From: Anolis carolinensis
Lineage: Eukaryota
Direction of reading: 5' to 3'
Assembly: GCF_035594765.1 (NCBI RefSeq)
Contig: NW_026943838.1
Span: 372,001 to 436,000, forward strand
DNA length: 64,000 nt
Position 1 is the stretch's first letter; each line of letters opens with the position of its first letter. The translations under genes and the position numbers were made by a program. Positions 35,012-46,770 of the stretch are shown piece after piece. The notes under the pieces are model-generated. The model saw only the letters and a list, made by a program, of their open reading frames with translations. It was not told where the DNA came from and searched no databases.

Positions 35012-38000
35012 ATGGAGAGACCCAACTCACGTGGGCCTGAAGCAGGACCTGGGGGCAGTGGGGAATCCTGGGAAAGAACCAGACATGAGTCCCTGAGTGT
35101 GGACCTTGACAGCTCGGACACACAGCGCCAGCGCTTCAGGCAGTCCTCCTACCAAGAGGGTGAAGGACCCCGAGGGGTTTGCAGTCGTCTCCACGATCTG
35201 TGCCGCCAGTGGCTGAAGCCAGAGCAGCACACCAAGGCCGAGGTGCTGGACCTGGTGACCCTGGAGCAGTTCCTGAGCATCCTGCCCCCAGAGATGGGGA
35301 GCTGGGTCCGAGAGTGTGGGGCAGAGACCTGTTCCCAGGCGGTGGCCCTGGCGGAAGGCTTCCTCCTGAGTCGGGCCGAGGACAAGGAGCAGGAAGGACA
35401 GGTGAGAGCATTCCCTCTGGGTTTCACTAACCTGGAGACTGATGGACAGGTTGAACGTACATCCTGCCTTTCTTCCAAGATGGGACCGATGTGGGGGATA
35501 AGCAAGGCCCTGCTCCCTCGGCCTCTTTCCCCACCTGCTCTGCCCCTCCGTCTCTACTGTCAGCTTGGTTGATGCTCTGCTCAAGATAGAACATAGACAA
35601 TCATGGGAGGGGGAGGGGGGCATTGGTTCCAAACTAGGTTCCCATCTCAGAGTTATTCTTTCCAAAAAGGTCTATAGGTCTGTGATATTTTTGAACTTTT
35701 CCCAAACTCCTTCTGGAACGCTCTGTGCTCTTCCAGGCCCCTAATAATAACTCCATGGAAGTCCCTGCACCAGAGGAATCTCCACCAGACACCACCCAGA
35801 GTCTCAGGCAGAAGGAGCTGAAGCGGGAAAGAGACGGGGCTGCTGCCTTGCAGGGTGAGAAGGAACTCTTCTGGGAGTTTTGGGGGTTTGTGCCAGTGGA
35901 AATCCCACTTTGGGGGATGATTGCACACCCACAGTTTGAGCTTCAGAACATGAACACGCAGGATCATTTGGCCTTGAGAGGGGTATATATCTTAAACTCC
36001 TGTCCTTTGTGTGATGTTTTATGGACTTTAATATGTATTTTATAGAAATGCAGTTTTAATGTGTATCTTTTATAGAAATAGGTATCTTTGTTGAATTTTG
36101 GCAATGTTCATGTTTTTAAAATTTTGTGGTAACCTGCCTCGAACTGCAAGGAGAGGCGAGTAAAAATGAAATAATTATTGTTATTATTACTACTACTGCT
36201 ACTACTGCTATTGTTATTGTTATATGTAGGCATTAGGTTGCCAGAGGTGTGACTTCAGTTTGATTTGCAGTTTTCTTTCTTGCAATAGGACTTCAGTGTC
36301 TTCTCAGGTGGGACCCTAAGTGAAGATAAGCCCTGAAACTGAGCTGGAAGACAAACAGACAACAAAGAATCACTTTAGTCAAACACCAAGCCCAGTGCTA
36401 GTTTCACTCGAACATCCTCACAGCAGGGCTTGCGAGATAAAGTCCTAATCCCTCACATTGTACATCTTCATTGGCTGTTGAATGCGCCTGTGTTCTTAGG
36501 GTCGTTTCCTCATCGGTCTCTTTATAGGACTGCAATGGTCACTTCTGAGGCCTGTTTCTGTGACCAGCTTTCCACCCCTTGCTCTCTCTCCAGGGTCTGG
36601 AATGATGCTGTGGCCGAATCCTCAGCCGTTTCTCCCCCTTTGCGATGGAGTGGGACTGAGTCAGGTAAGCAGGAGGATTCCTGGGAGAGGAGGGCTGGGC
36701 CTGCCGGGGTGCCTTTGGTTCCAGGATTAATGGCCAAATATCTATTGAAACTGACAAGATTGAATGTGTTTCCTTAGAAGTGAAATCTTGGAGTGAAATA
36801 CAAGGAGGGAAAAAATGAAGAGAGAATTAAAGAAACCAGAATGGATGTTCAAAGAAATTTCAACGGAGCTAAGATTGAAAAAGGACATGTACAGGAAATG
36901 GAAAGGGGGAAGAGTCACCAAGGAATGTAAACGACTAACCTGCATAAGTTGGGAAAAGGTCTAACAATCTAAATTAGAAAATGAGGTCAGAAGAAGAAAT
37001 GAGCCAAGAGTAGGGTCTGTGCCTGGAGAAGGTGGTGAAATGCTAACCAGGGATAGGGAAGAGGTAGAACATGGCCTCAGTCTTCTCCCAAAAGGAAATG
37101 GGTATTCTTCCTGAGCAAGATGGAGCAACTGGGGAAATGCAACCCCAAATAGGTAAAGAAGTGGCCCAGGAATACCTGGCCACTCTCGATGAATCCAAGT
37201 CTCCAGGGCCAGGTGAACTACACCCAAGAGAATTGAACTAAGAGTAGTAATCCCAGAACCACTGTCAATCCTCTTTCTTCATTTTTGGGAACAGGAGAAG
37301 TCCCAGCAGGGTGGAGGAGGCAAAGGTTGTCTCTATCTCCAAGAATGGACCAAAAAGAGGTCCCCTAACAATGACCATCCAGTTATGTTGACCTGGCCCA
37401 TAAGCAGTTGCAGCAGCTGTTTAGACTCTCAAATTTTTATAAGGAGGAGATCGTTTGATGTGGATTGATAATCGTTATAGAGGGAGCAGATCTGTTTGTT
37501 TGCTATTATGCACTCTTTATCGAACCAATTTTTGGATCTGACCCTGGGTTGCCTCAGCATTCTTTGCCAATCGTATCATTTTTAAAAGAAAGGTTTTATA
37601 AGGGATTCAAACCCGGTGATCACCTCCTTGAAATCTGGGATTTCAATGATCATAGTTTCTATGGACAACACTTCATAAGAGTTCAAGATATCTAGGCACA
37701 CCCCCTTCATCTTAAGGTTCCGCTTCAGCCTAGTGTATTGTGGGTAGGCTTGTCCAGGTGGGGAAGTGCTGCTTCTCTCCAAAACCAGGGGAAGGGGAAG
37801 TGGGAAACGATCTCTAAGCAAGGAATTGTCGATACCAAATGAATGAATGTTGCTAGCTATGGAGGGTGAAGTCAGAAGATAGTCTATGACACTAGAGCCC
37901 CTTGGTGAGACCAATGTATATTCTCCAGAGTCAGGAAACTGAGTAAGTCCATTTAGCCGAGACAGGTTGAGCTGCGTGGCCATTTTGGTCCGTCATTTTC

Positions 38001-41000
38001 CGGCTTGGTTTCACGCTTGGTCCTTAGAGTGTCGGGCTTCAGGTGTCGGGAGGGAGTTGAAGGGATCTTCATCCAGGTTCTTTTCTCTCAACACATTTAC
38101 CAAAGTAGACCCTACCCTTGCATTGAAGTCGCCTGTTATCTTGACCTAAATAACAGGGAAGATGTTGGAGCAGATCATGAAGAAGGCCGTCTGGAATCAC
38201 TTAGAAAAAAGGCTGTAATCACTGAAGGGCAAGATGGGTTTCTCCAAAACAAGTCATGCCCGATTAATCTCTTTTTCAGTAGAGTTACAAGCTTGGTAGA
38301 TGAAGGAAATGCAGTGGGTGTAGCACATCTTGCTTTCAGTAAGACCTCTGGAAAGGCCTCCCATGGTTTCACAAACAACTAGTAAAAAGTGGGCTGGATA
38401 ATACTCCTGTTCGGTGGATTTGTAATGGTTTGAGCGACAAAGGGTGGAGTGTCGCAGGGTTCTGTCCTGGGCCCAGTACTGCTCAACATGCGTATCATAT
38501 TTTCAGATGACACCAGATTAGCAGGTATAGCTGACAGTCTAGAAGATAGGATCAGAATTCAAAATGGCCTGAACATGGTGGATAGCTGGGCCAAAACTAA
38601 CCTAATTAATTTCAACAAGAATATATGTAGAGTAGTACACTTAGGAACGATAAAAATGCCATGCACAGGTACAGGGTGGGCTTGACAGTCATTCATATGA
38701 TGGGATCTTGGAGTGTTAGAGGACTACAAGTGGAACATGAGCCAACAATGTGATGCAGCAGCTGAAAGGACTATGGGATTTTGGGCTCCATCCTAAGGAA
38801 TATTGTGTCCTTCTTTCTGCTTTGGGGAGACCTCACCTGGAACAACACTGTGTCCAGTTCTGGGCACCACAATAAAGGCTGGAACATGCTCAGATTCCAT
38901 TTCTGATTCTACGTATCAATTGAGAAATGGTTCTGACTGACCAACCCGTCATCTCTAGAAAGCTTACAACTGTGGCATGGAGGCCTTGGCCCTTTCCCTT
39001 TCAAACAACCAACAGGAATGTAAATCTACTTTAAAGAATTTCTTGTTATTCTTTTTCTTGATCGCTCCCATGTGAGAAGGGAATCTTTTCTTCTTCCGCC
39101 AGGGCCCAATCGCCTTTGAGGACGTGGCTGTGGATTTCTCCCTGGAGGAGTGGGTTCTCCTGAATCCGGACCAGAAAGCCTTGCACAAGCAGATCATGGA
39201 GGAGATGAATGGGATTGTGGCCTCTCTTGGTAAGGCTCCCTCACTGATGGGGATTTCTGTTTCAAAAGGCAGTATTATCCTAAATCATCACAGTCACTGA
39301 GGGTCTGTAAGGCAGGGCTTATGTCAGAAATATGTGGCATAAGAGTAACAACAACAACAATAATAATAATATAACATTAGTGCCAATTCAGACTCAAGTG
39401 GGAAGATTACCATAACTGGAGTCAAAGCATATTTCCCCTCTCTCAAATATATTATATATTACTGTATTTTATATTGTACATTATATACACTATATATATG
39501 TAATAAATATTATATTATTAGCATAGCATGTTACTAGGGGGAGGGCCCCAGAGCATCAGTTGGGCCTCCAACTGATGGCACAGTAGACAAGATGGAACTG
39601 TCTTCCTGGTTCCCCCTCTCTCCTAACGTTTCGCCCGTATTTATGGCAGGTATCCTGAGAGGTGGGAGGTATATTGGAAACTAGGCTAGTGAGGTTTATA
39701 GATCTGTTTTTCCCATATACCTGACAACCTCTGAGGATGCCTGCCATAGATGCAGGCAAACATCAGGAGAGAATACTTCTGAAACATAGCCATACAGCCC
39801 AGAAAACATGGCCATACAGCCCAGTGTTTACAAAAAACACTAACTACATTTCTTAATAGTCAATGACTGGGTCTGAGCTACTCTCTGTTTCCATCTCTTC
39901 TCGGGTTTAAAAGGGAGGGGAAAATTCCAAGCCCTACATCTCTCCTGACACACAAGCAGAGAGAGGTCTCAATGCACACAGCACACACGGAGATATAAAA
40001 GTCAGAAATCTTGCACCATTCTACAAAACCAATCAGAATGAGAAAAAGAAATGAGAGAAAGAAAGAGAAAGAAGAGAACAAATAGATACATCCCAACTGT
40101 CAATCAGGAGACAAGGGGGAGGGATTCCCTCAGCCTCTTCTGAAACTAGCTCCCTGTTCCTCATTGGGGACTGCAGACTTGAGCAGCGTGGGGTTGAATC
40201 ACAACAGATGGATCAGCAGCTCTTTCCTCTGGTCCAGTCTTGTCCTTCCTCACAGACTGGGATGGTGTGGAGGCAGTCTCTTCTCTCTCACGTGGGATGT
40301 TATGTGGATGCCACTCTATCTGGCCGAGTCCTACAGACATCCCTTTTTTGTTCCCTTTTCTGCCTTCATCATTGTTCTCCACCTTTTCTTTACAGTCACG
40401 GTTTTGCACGTTCACAGCTTTGTCAGGCAAATCTATCCCTTTGGAACTCATATTTACAGCCAACTTCCATAAAGTGTAAGAGTCCCATTTGGCAGTTGAT
40501 GGGAGAAGTGTATCTGTATCATCCGGCGCAGTCTGTCTCCCACCGGGATCCACGGCTGTTTCTCTCGGCAGCAACATACAGTGGGTCTCTCTGTGCACCA
40601 GACACCTGCCAGGAGGGCCACTGATCTGTGCATGTGCTTTCTTCTGCGTGAGTATGGCGACGAAGAGAAAGAAGGTCGTTGGATCCATGGAGCAGAAACC
40701 TGGACAAAGGAGAGACAAGGCAGAAGGTAGCCAACAACTATGGTGTCGAACGGGTAGCAGTAGGAGAATGGAAATGGAATCGATTGCAGATAGAAAAATG
40801 GTGTTCTCCAAAGTTACCGATGGTGTGCTGAAAGAGAGGAAAACAATGAAAAATGTGACTATGAAAAAGTTATTGAAGCTTTGTATGTTTGGTTTACGCA
40901 GCTGAGAGACAAAGGTGTGTGTATTTCAGGGCCTATTTTACAGCAAAAGGTATTGCGTTTTCGAAAAGAATTTAATGAAGGGGAATCAGATTTTACAGCA

Positions 41001-43740
41001 AGCATTGGCTCGACAGGTGGAAGAAACGTTATGGAATCCATCAGTTAAGTGTTTGTGGTGAGAAGCTGTCATCAAATTTTCAAGAAATAGAGGCATTCAA
41101 GAAAGAAATTCAAGGGGAAAAAAATTCAAGACTTTGTTGAAACTGAAAGCCTAACGGGTGATCAGATGTTTGATTGTGACGAGACCGGCCTCAATTGCAA
41201 AATTTTACCGAGCAAGAGTCTTGCAGCCAGAACTGAAGGGAAAAAAATTCAAGACTTTGTTGAAACTGAAAGCCTAACGGGTGATCAGATGTTTGATTGT
41301 GACGAGACTGGCCTCAATTGCAAAATTTTACCGAGCAGGAGTCTTGCAGCCAGAACTGAAGCAGCAGCCCCAGGCTAAAAGCGTAGTAAAGAAAGGCTGA
41401 CAATGTTAGCATGCAGCAGTGCTACAGCAAACCACAAAATGGACCTCGCAATGATTGGGAAGCCCAAAAATCCAAGAGCCTTTAAAACAGTTTCAAAAAA
41501 TGCTCTTCCTGTAAAATACTACAATCAAAAAAGTTTGTTGATGACCAGTGAAATGTTCAAAAGACTATTATTATTATAATAACTATTATATTCCGCCCTA
41601 TCTCCCCAAGGGGACTCAGGGCGGATCACAATACACATACACGGCAACCATTCAATGCTGTTTGGAGACAGGACAGAACAGAATAAGACAAACAGAAGGA
41701 GGTGCGTAGTCTTGAAGTCCAGGTTTTTGGTGCCTTGGAGGCTGATGTTCTGCTCAGATTCAGTCACGGGGGTGCTGTTGCTTCATTCTCTGTGACAAAG
41801 AGCCATCAGAACTTCCTCCACCTTCCTCTTGGTCACCGCATTTCTGGGCTTGTTCTTTATGGTGTTTTAAAATACCTCCCCCACAATTTGCGTTACCTCA
41901 TTTCTCTATTTACAGCTTGTAAACTGTTTTCGAACTGCTTAGGTAAACAGTGAGCTGGGCTGGAGGTCGAGCGCTCACCCCCGACCGGGCTTCGAACTGG
42001 CCACCTTTCGGTTGGTGGATCTTATTACTGCTGTTGATTTACCAGTTGTGCTACAGCCCAGCCCTAAGGAACTTGTTCTTTCCACGGAGGAATTTTTGAA
42101 GGAAATTTACCTGCCCAGGAAAGTGGTTTTGTTGCTAGACAATGCCTCAACACACCCTGATGCAGAGGAGCTTCAAGAGGGGGACATGAAGGCGATGTTT
42201 CTGCCACCGAATGTAACCGTCATATGCCAACCGATGGATCAGGGCGTTTTGGAAGAGCTCAAAAGGAACTATTGCAGGAAGCTATTCTCGGCAAGGATAG
42301 AAGAAATGGAATAAGTTGATCTCGCAAAGATGGCGAGACTTGGCAGCGGAGAAATGGCAATCGCTGGAAAAGCAGGCAAGGGTCACAGATTTTAAAAAAT
42401 CTTCACAAGACTGAACTTTTTATGGATTTAACTTCCAACAGTGTTGTTTTATGCAATTCTATATTTATAGTCAATTTTTTAGTAGTAAATATTTTTGTAG
42501 TCACTGCTTTCAATACATTGCTATGTTTTGGTGCTAAATTTGTAAATACAGTGATTTCTTCATAATGTTACCATGTATTGAACTGCTTTTCCTGTCAATT
42601 TGTTGTAAAACATGATCTTTGGTGCTTAATTTGTAAAATCATAATGCAATTTGACCTTTAATAGGCTTTTCCTTAATCCCTCCTTGTTATCCAACATTTT
42701 CACTTATCCAATGTTCTCCTGGTCAGTTTATGTTGGATAAGCGAGACTCTGCTGTACTCTGAAATTAGGTATGGGATCTTCTACGTTGGAGTGGAAAAAT
42801 CAAACATTAAGGGAGCATGGGAAAAGAGAACTGGGATTGGGGGAGAGAACTACAAAGGAGGGAAGATGGTGAAATGGGTGGTAGTTGGTAAAGTCTAAAG
42901 CTAGAGAAAAAGGCAAGCATTTGGATGTGAAGGGAAAAGGCATCCATTCCCCAGAGAAAAGGAGACGGAATAAAAAACCAGGCTGGGCTGAGCAACAGGG
43001 AGCCTCTGGAGCGTATGCTACTCATCTCTCTCTTAGAGGCTCCAGGCAGACAACCAGGGTCCATCTTCACTGAACAAGGGGAGGGGAAAGGACAACATGT
43101 ATATCTCCTTTTCCTCCATGTCTGTGTTATTTTAAGGATCATTTCAATTCACTCCTTATCCCACGTCCTTAGAGTCTTTATGACGTACACTGAAGAATGA
43201 TTGTTTATGTTCTTCTTCACAGTAGATAACGGGGAGAAGAGCCATGTATGCACCAAGTACAGGAAGCATTTGGGACACAACTGGGCCTTTCGTCGAGACC
43301 AGCAAGCCCACAGAGAAGATGGAGGTTCTGCCAGAGAAAGGCCCGACAAATGCAATGTATGTGGGCAGTGTTTTACCCAAAATGTGGCACTTGTGCTTCA
43401 CAAGACACTTGATGTTGGGAAAAGCCATCTTAAAGGGAAAGTATCTGCAAAATGTGTGGTGAAACACAAGAAATTTCACACAGGTCAGGAACAATACAGA
43501 TGCCAAGAGTGTGGGAAGTGTTTTGCTTCCAGTTCAGCCTTGGTGAGGCTCAAAAGACTCCACACAGGAGAGAAGCCATACCAATGTCAGGAGTGTGGGA
43601 AATGTTTTGCTGACAGTTCAGCCTTGGTGATGCACAAAAGAAGCCACACAGGAGAGAAGCCATATAAATGCCATGAATGTGGAAAATGTTTTACTCAGAG
43701 TTCAGCTCTTAACAAGCACCAGAGAACACATACTGGCTAA
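35012..43740 (+). CDS. SCAN-KRAB-ZNF copy B, intact, 407 aa, 3 terminal fingers; exons 35012-35401, 35737-35854, 36594-36664, 39103-39229, 43223-43740
   Basis: Same exon structure as copy A, GT-AG junctions, 1224 nt total, no internal stop; ZKSCAN-like architecture. Confidence 0.85.
39600..39825. mobile_element. Degenerate inverted Penelope-like fragments
   Basis: Mutated copies of the ctgaggatgcctgccatagat...gaaacgtcagg unit on both strands. Confidence 0.6.
40654..42754 (+). mobile_element. Tigger/pogo transposon, copy B
   Basis: MATKRKKVV start, [33 protein letters not shown]; right TIR followed by TA. Confidence 0.88.
41566..42064 (-). mobile_element. Full-length tRNA-derived SINE with L2-type tail (Anolis SINE2-like); partial paralog at 18097-18720
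   Basis: 5' gggctgggctgtagcacaactggt (A box) ... gttcgaagcc (B box); 3' tgtgatccgccctgagtcccc... tail. Confidence 0.75.
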
Positions 43741-44042
43741 AAAACAGCCATTGTGGGTAAATGTCTGATTTCAAACAGGACCCTTTGAGAAGTTCTGCGT
43801 CAGATTTGGTGGAGTCCCCGTTCTTGTCATTTGAACCTGTAAGTTGGAGGTCTGTTCTCTGGAGCAGCAGAAAGAAAGCTCTGTGTGAAAATCCCTCAGA
43901 GCAGTGGTTCTCAACCTGTGGGTCCCTAGATGTTTTGGCCTTCAACTCCCCTAAATCCTAACAGCTGGTAAACTGGCTGGGATTTCTGGGAGTTGTAGGC
44001 CAAAACACCCGGGGACCCACAGCTTGAGGACCACTGCTTCAG

Positions 44043-44374
44043 TGTCAGTTCCTGGAAGGTGTAGGAGACAAAGATAGGCTCACACAGCTTGTAGCCATGG
44101 AAAACTTTATTGAATCCGCCTTGCCAAAATGGCCGCAAAGCTTCTACTGCCCGTCTTCCGCTCTTTCCCCTCAGTATATTGGGTGGTTGCTTCCCTCCTC
44201 CCTTCACGTCTCTTCTTCTCCATTCACACCTCCCTTTCCTTTTGTCCTTTGGTTTGAAGACCAGACCCTGTCATAAACCAGCCTTCCCCGCCAAATGGTC
44301 TTCTTTATCCGATTTGTTGTAGTCAGGTGTGAAAAGAACAGCTTGGAGAATGCTGATCTTTTTGCATCCTGACA
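44043..44374 (-). mobile_element. Solo LTR
   Basis: tgtcag...ctgaca termini, 5-bp TSD ttcag, empty site in copy A, minus-strand AATAAA. Confidence 0.88.
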
Positions 44375-45646
44375 TTCAGAGAGTTAAATATTAAGTTAAA
44401 TCTTGTCACCTCGTCTGAAAAGAAATAAACCATATGTGATTCCATCACTTGTTCTTCTGGTCTTAGTTTCCAGCTCCATTTTCACCTTGGTTTAAATGTC
44501 CAGTTTGTGAACGTTGTGCCCCTACAGACACATCCTCTGTTTTCCTCTTTAGTCAGGACTGGTCAGCTTGAATATTGTAAATAGCCGTTATGGGAGGGAT
44601 CCAGAGTTAGCCCCTTCCCTTTCAGACAGTGGCTCTCAACCAGTGGTCCACGGACTACCAGTGGTTCGCAAGAACTAAAATACGGTCTGCCTTCTAAGCT
44701 TCCCTTCCTTTGCTTTCTTTTTTCTTGCCCTTCCTTCCCCTTTCTTCCTTCTTTCCTTCTATCCTTGTCTTCTTGTCCCTTCCTTTGCCTTCTTTTCTCT
44801 TGCCCTTCATTCCTTCCTTTTTCTCTTCCCTTCCCATCCTGCCCTTTGCTGCCTTTTCTCTTCCTCTTCCATCCTTTTTCTCTTCCCTCCCTTTTCTCCC
44901 CTTTGCCTTTTCTCTTGCCCTTCTTTCCTTTTTTCTTCCCTTCACTTCATTTCCTTTTCCTTCTTTTCTCTTGCCCTTCCTTTTCTCTTTCCTTCCTTCC
45001 CTTCCTTTGTCTACTTTTCTCTTGCCCTTCCTTCCTTTTCTCTTCCCTTCCTTCCCTTTGCCTTTTCTCTTGCCCTTCCTTCCTTTTTCTTTCTCTTCCC
45101 TTCCCTTCCTTTGCCTTCTTTTCTCTTGCCTTCTTTCCTTGCTTTTTCTTTCTCTTTCCTTCCCTTCCTTTGCCCATCATATGTTATGGACTGGAGTAGA
45201 GTACAATATATGTCTCATTTGATGCCTCAAGAACTTGAATGTATACTGTAATTGTTTTTCTTAATCTGTTTATCCTATTATGGTTATATTATTGATGTAC
45301 TCTGATTGTTTATGTGAGTTTAATATGTTGTAAGCCGCTTTGGGTCCAGTGAGGGAGAAAAGCAGGATATAATTCATCATCATCGTCATCATCATTATTA
45401 TTTTCTCTTGCCATTCTTTACTTCCCCTTTTCTCTTCCCTTCCATCCCTTTGCCCTCTTTCCCTTGCCCTTCCTTCCTTCCTTCCCTTCCCTTCCCTTCT
45501 TTTCTTTTGCCCTTCCTTCCTTTTTCTCTTCTCTTCCCATATTTTCCTTTGCCTTATTTTCTCTTCCCCTTCCTTCCTTCCCTTCCCTTCCTTTGTCTTC
45601 TTTTCTCTTGTCTTCCTTCCTTTTTCTCTTCTCTTCCCATATATTC

Positions 45647-46155
45647 TGTCATGCCACGAGCAGGCAAAACATTACCTGCTGCCCTGTCTCTTTAAGGTTC
45701 CAAAGGGGCGGAGCTTAGCCTTGGCTCCTGCCAGCCTGAAATGGCAGTTATTTTTGTCAGTTAGAATTTGTCAGTTGGTGAGGCTCTGGAAGGAAGTGTA
45801 GGAAGTAAAAGGATCACAGAAATTCACGTCACGTTGGAACTGTATTCAAATTAGATTAAAAAGCCACAGGCTACAGCAATAGAGAAAGCCATGTCAACAA
45901 CACTGCATTGAAGTCACCTCAAAGATACAAAGAATCCAATCATAACAAGACTTTATACTCTGTGGCAATATCTATCCAGAACTGCATAGACTCAAAGATT
46001 TCTTTCCTCACAAGAGACTTCATAGTGGCAACAAGGGGAAAAGAGATCAATTTTGTCTATTAATAAAATATTTTGTTTTACATAACACAGTGTCCAATCT
46101 GTCCTTCGTGCTATGGGTCCTTCCAGTTCATTTAGTTAACCATGGAGGCAGAACA
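45647..46155 (+). mobile_element. Solo LTR (509 bp)
   Basis: TGT...ACA termini, 5-bp TSD tattc, AATAAA at about 46062. Confidence 0.85.
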
Positions 46156-46770
46156 TATTCCTTTGCCTTATTTTCTCTTCCCCTTCCTTCCTTCTCTTCC
46201 TTTGTCTTCTTTTCTCTTGTCCTTCCTTTCTTTTTCTCTTCTCTTCCCATATTTTCCTTTGCCTTATTTTCTCTTCCCCTTCCTCCCTTCCCTTCTCTTC
46301 CTTTGTCTTCTTTTCTCTTGCCCTTCCTTCCTTTTTCTCTTCTCTTCCCATATTTCCCTTTCCCTTCTTTTCTCTTCCCCTTCCTTCCTTCCCTTCTCTT
46401 CCTTTGCCTTCTTTTCTCTTGCCCTTCCTTCCTTTTTCTCTTCTCTTCCCATATATTTCCCTTTGCCTTCTTTTCTCTTCCCCTTCCTTCCTTCCCTTCC
46501 CTTCCTTTGCCTTCTTTTCTCTTGCCCTTCCTTCCTTCTCTTCCTTTGCCTTCTTTTCTCCTCCCCTTCATTCCTTCCCTTCCCTTCCTTTGCCTTCTTT
46601 TCTCTTCCCCTTCCTTCCCTTCCCTTCCTTTGCCTTCTTTTCTCTTGCCCTTCCTTCCTTTTTCTCTTCTCTTCCCATATATTCCTTTGCCTTATTTTCT
46701 CTTCCCCTTCCTTCCTTCCCTTCTCTTCTTTTGCCTTCTTTTCTCTTGTCCTTCCTTCCTTTTTCTCTTC

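Noticed and set aside
39615-39770. Additional hammerhead ribozymes
   Set aside because: Core nucleotides are mutated (CTCAGGA; CAAA instead of GAAA)
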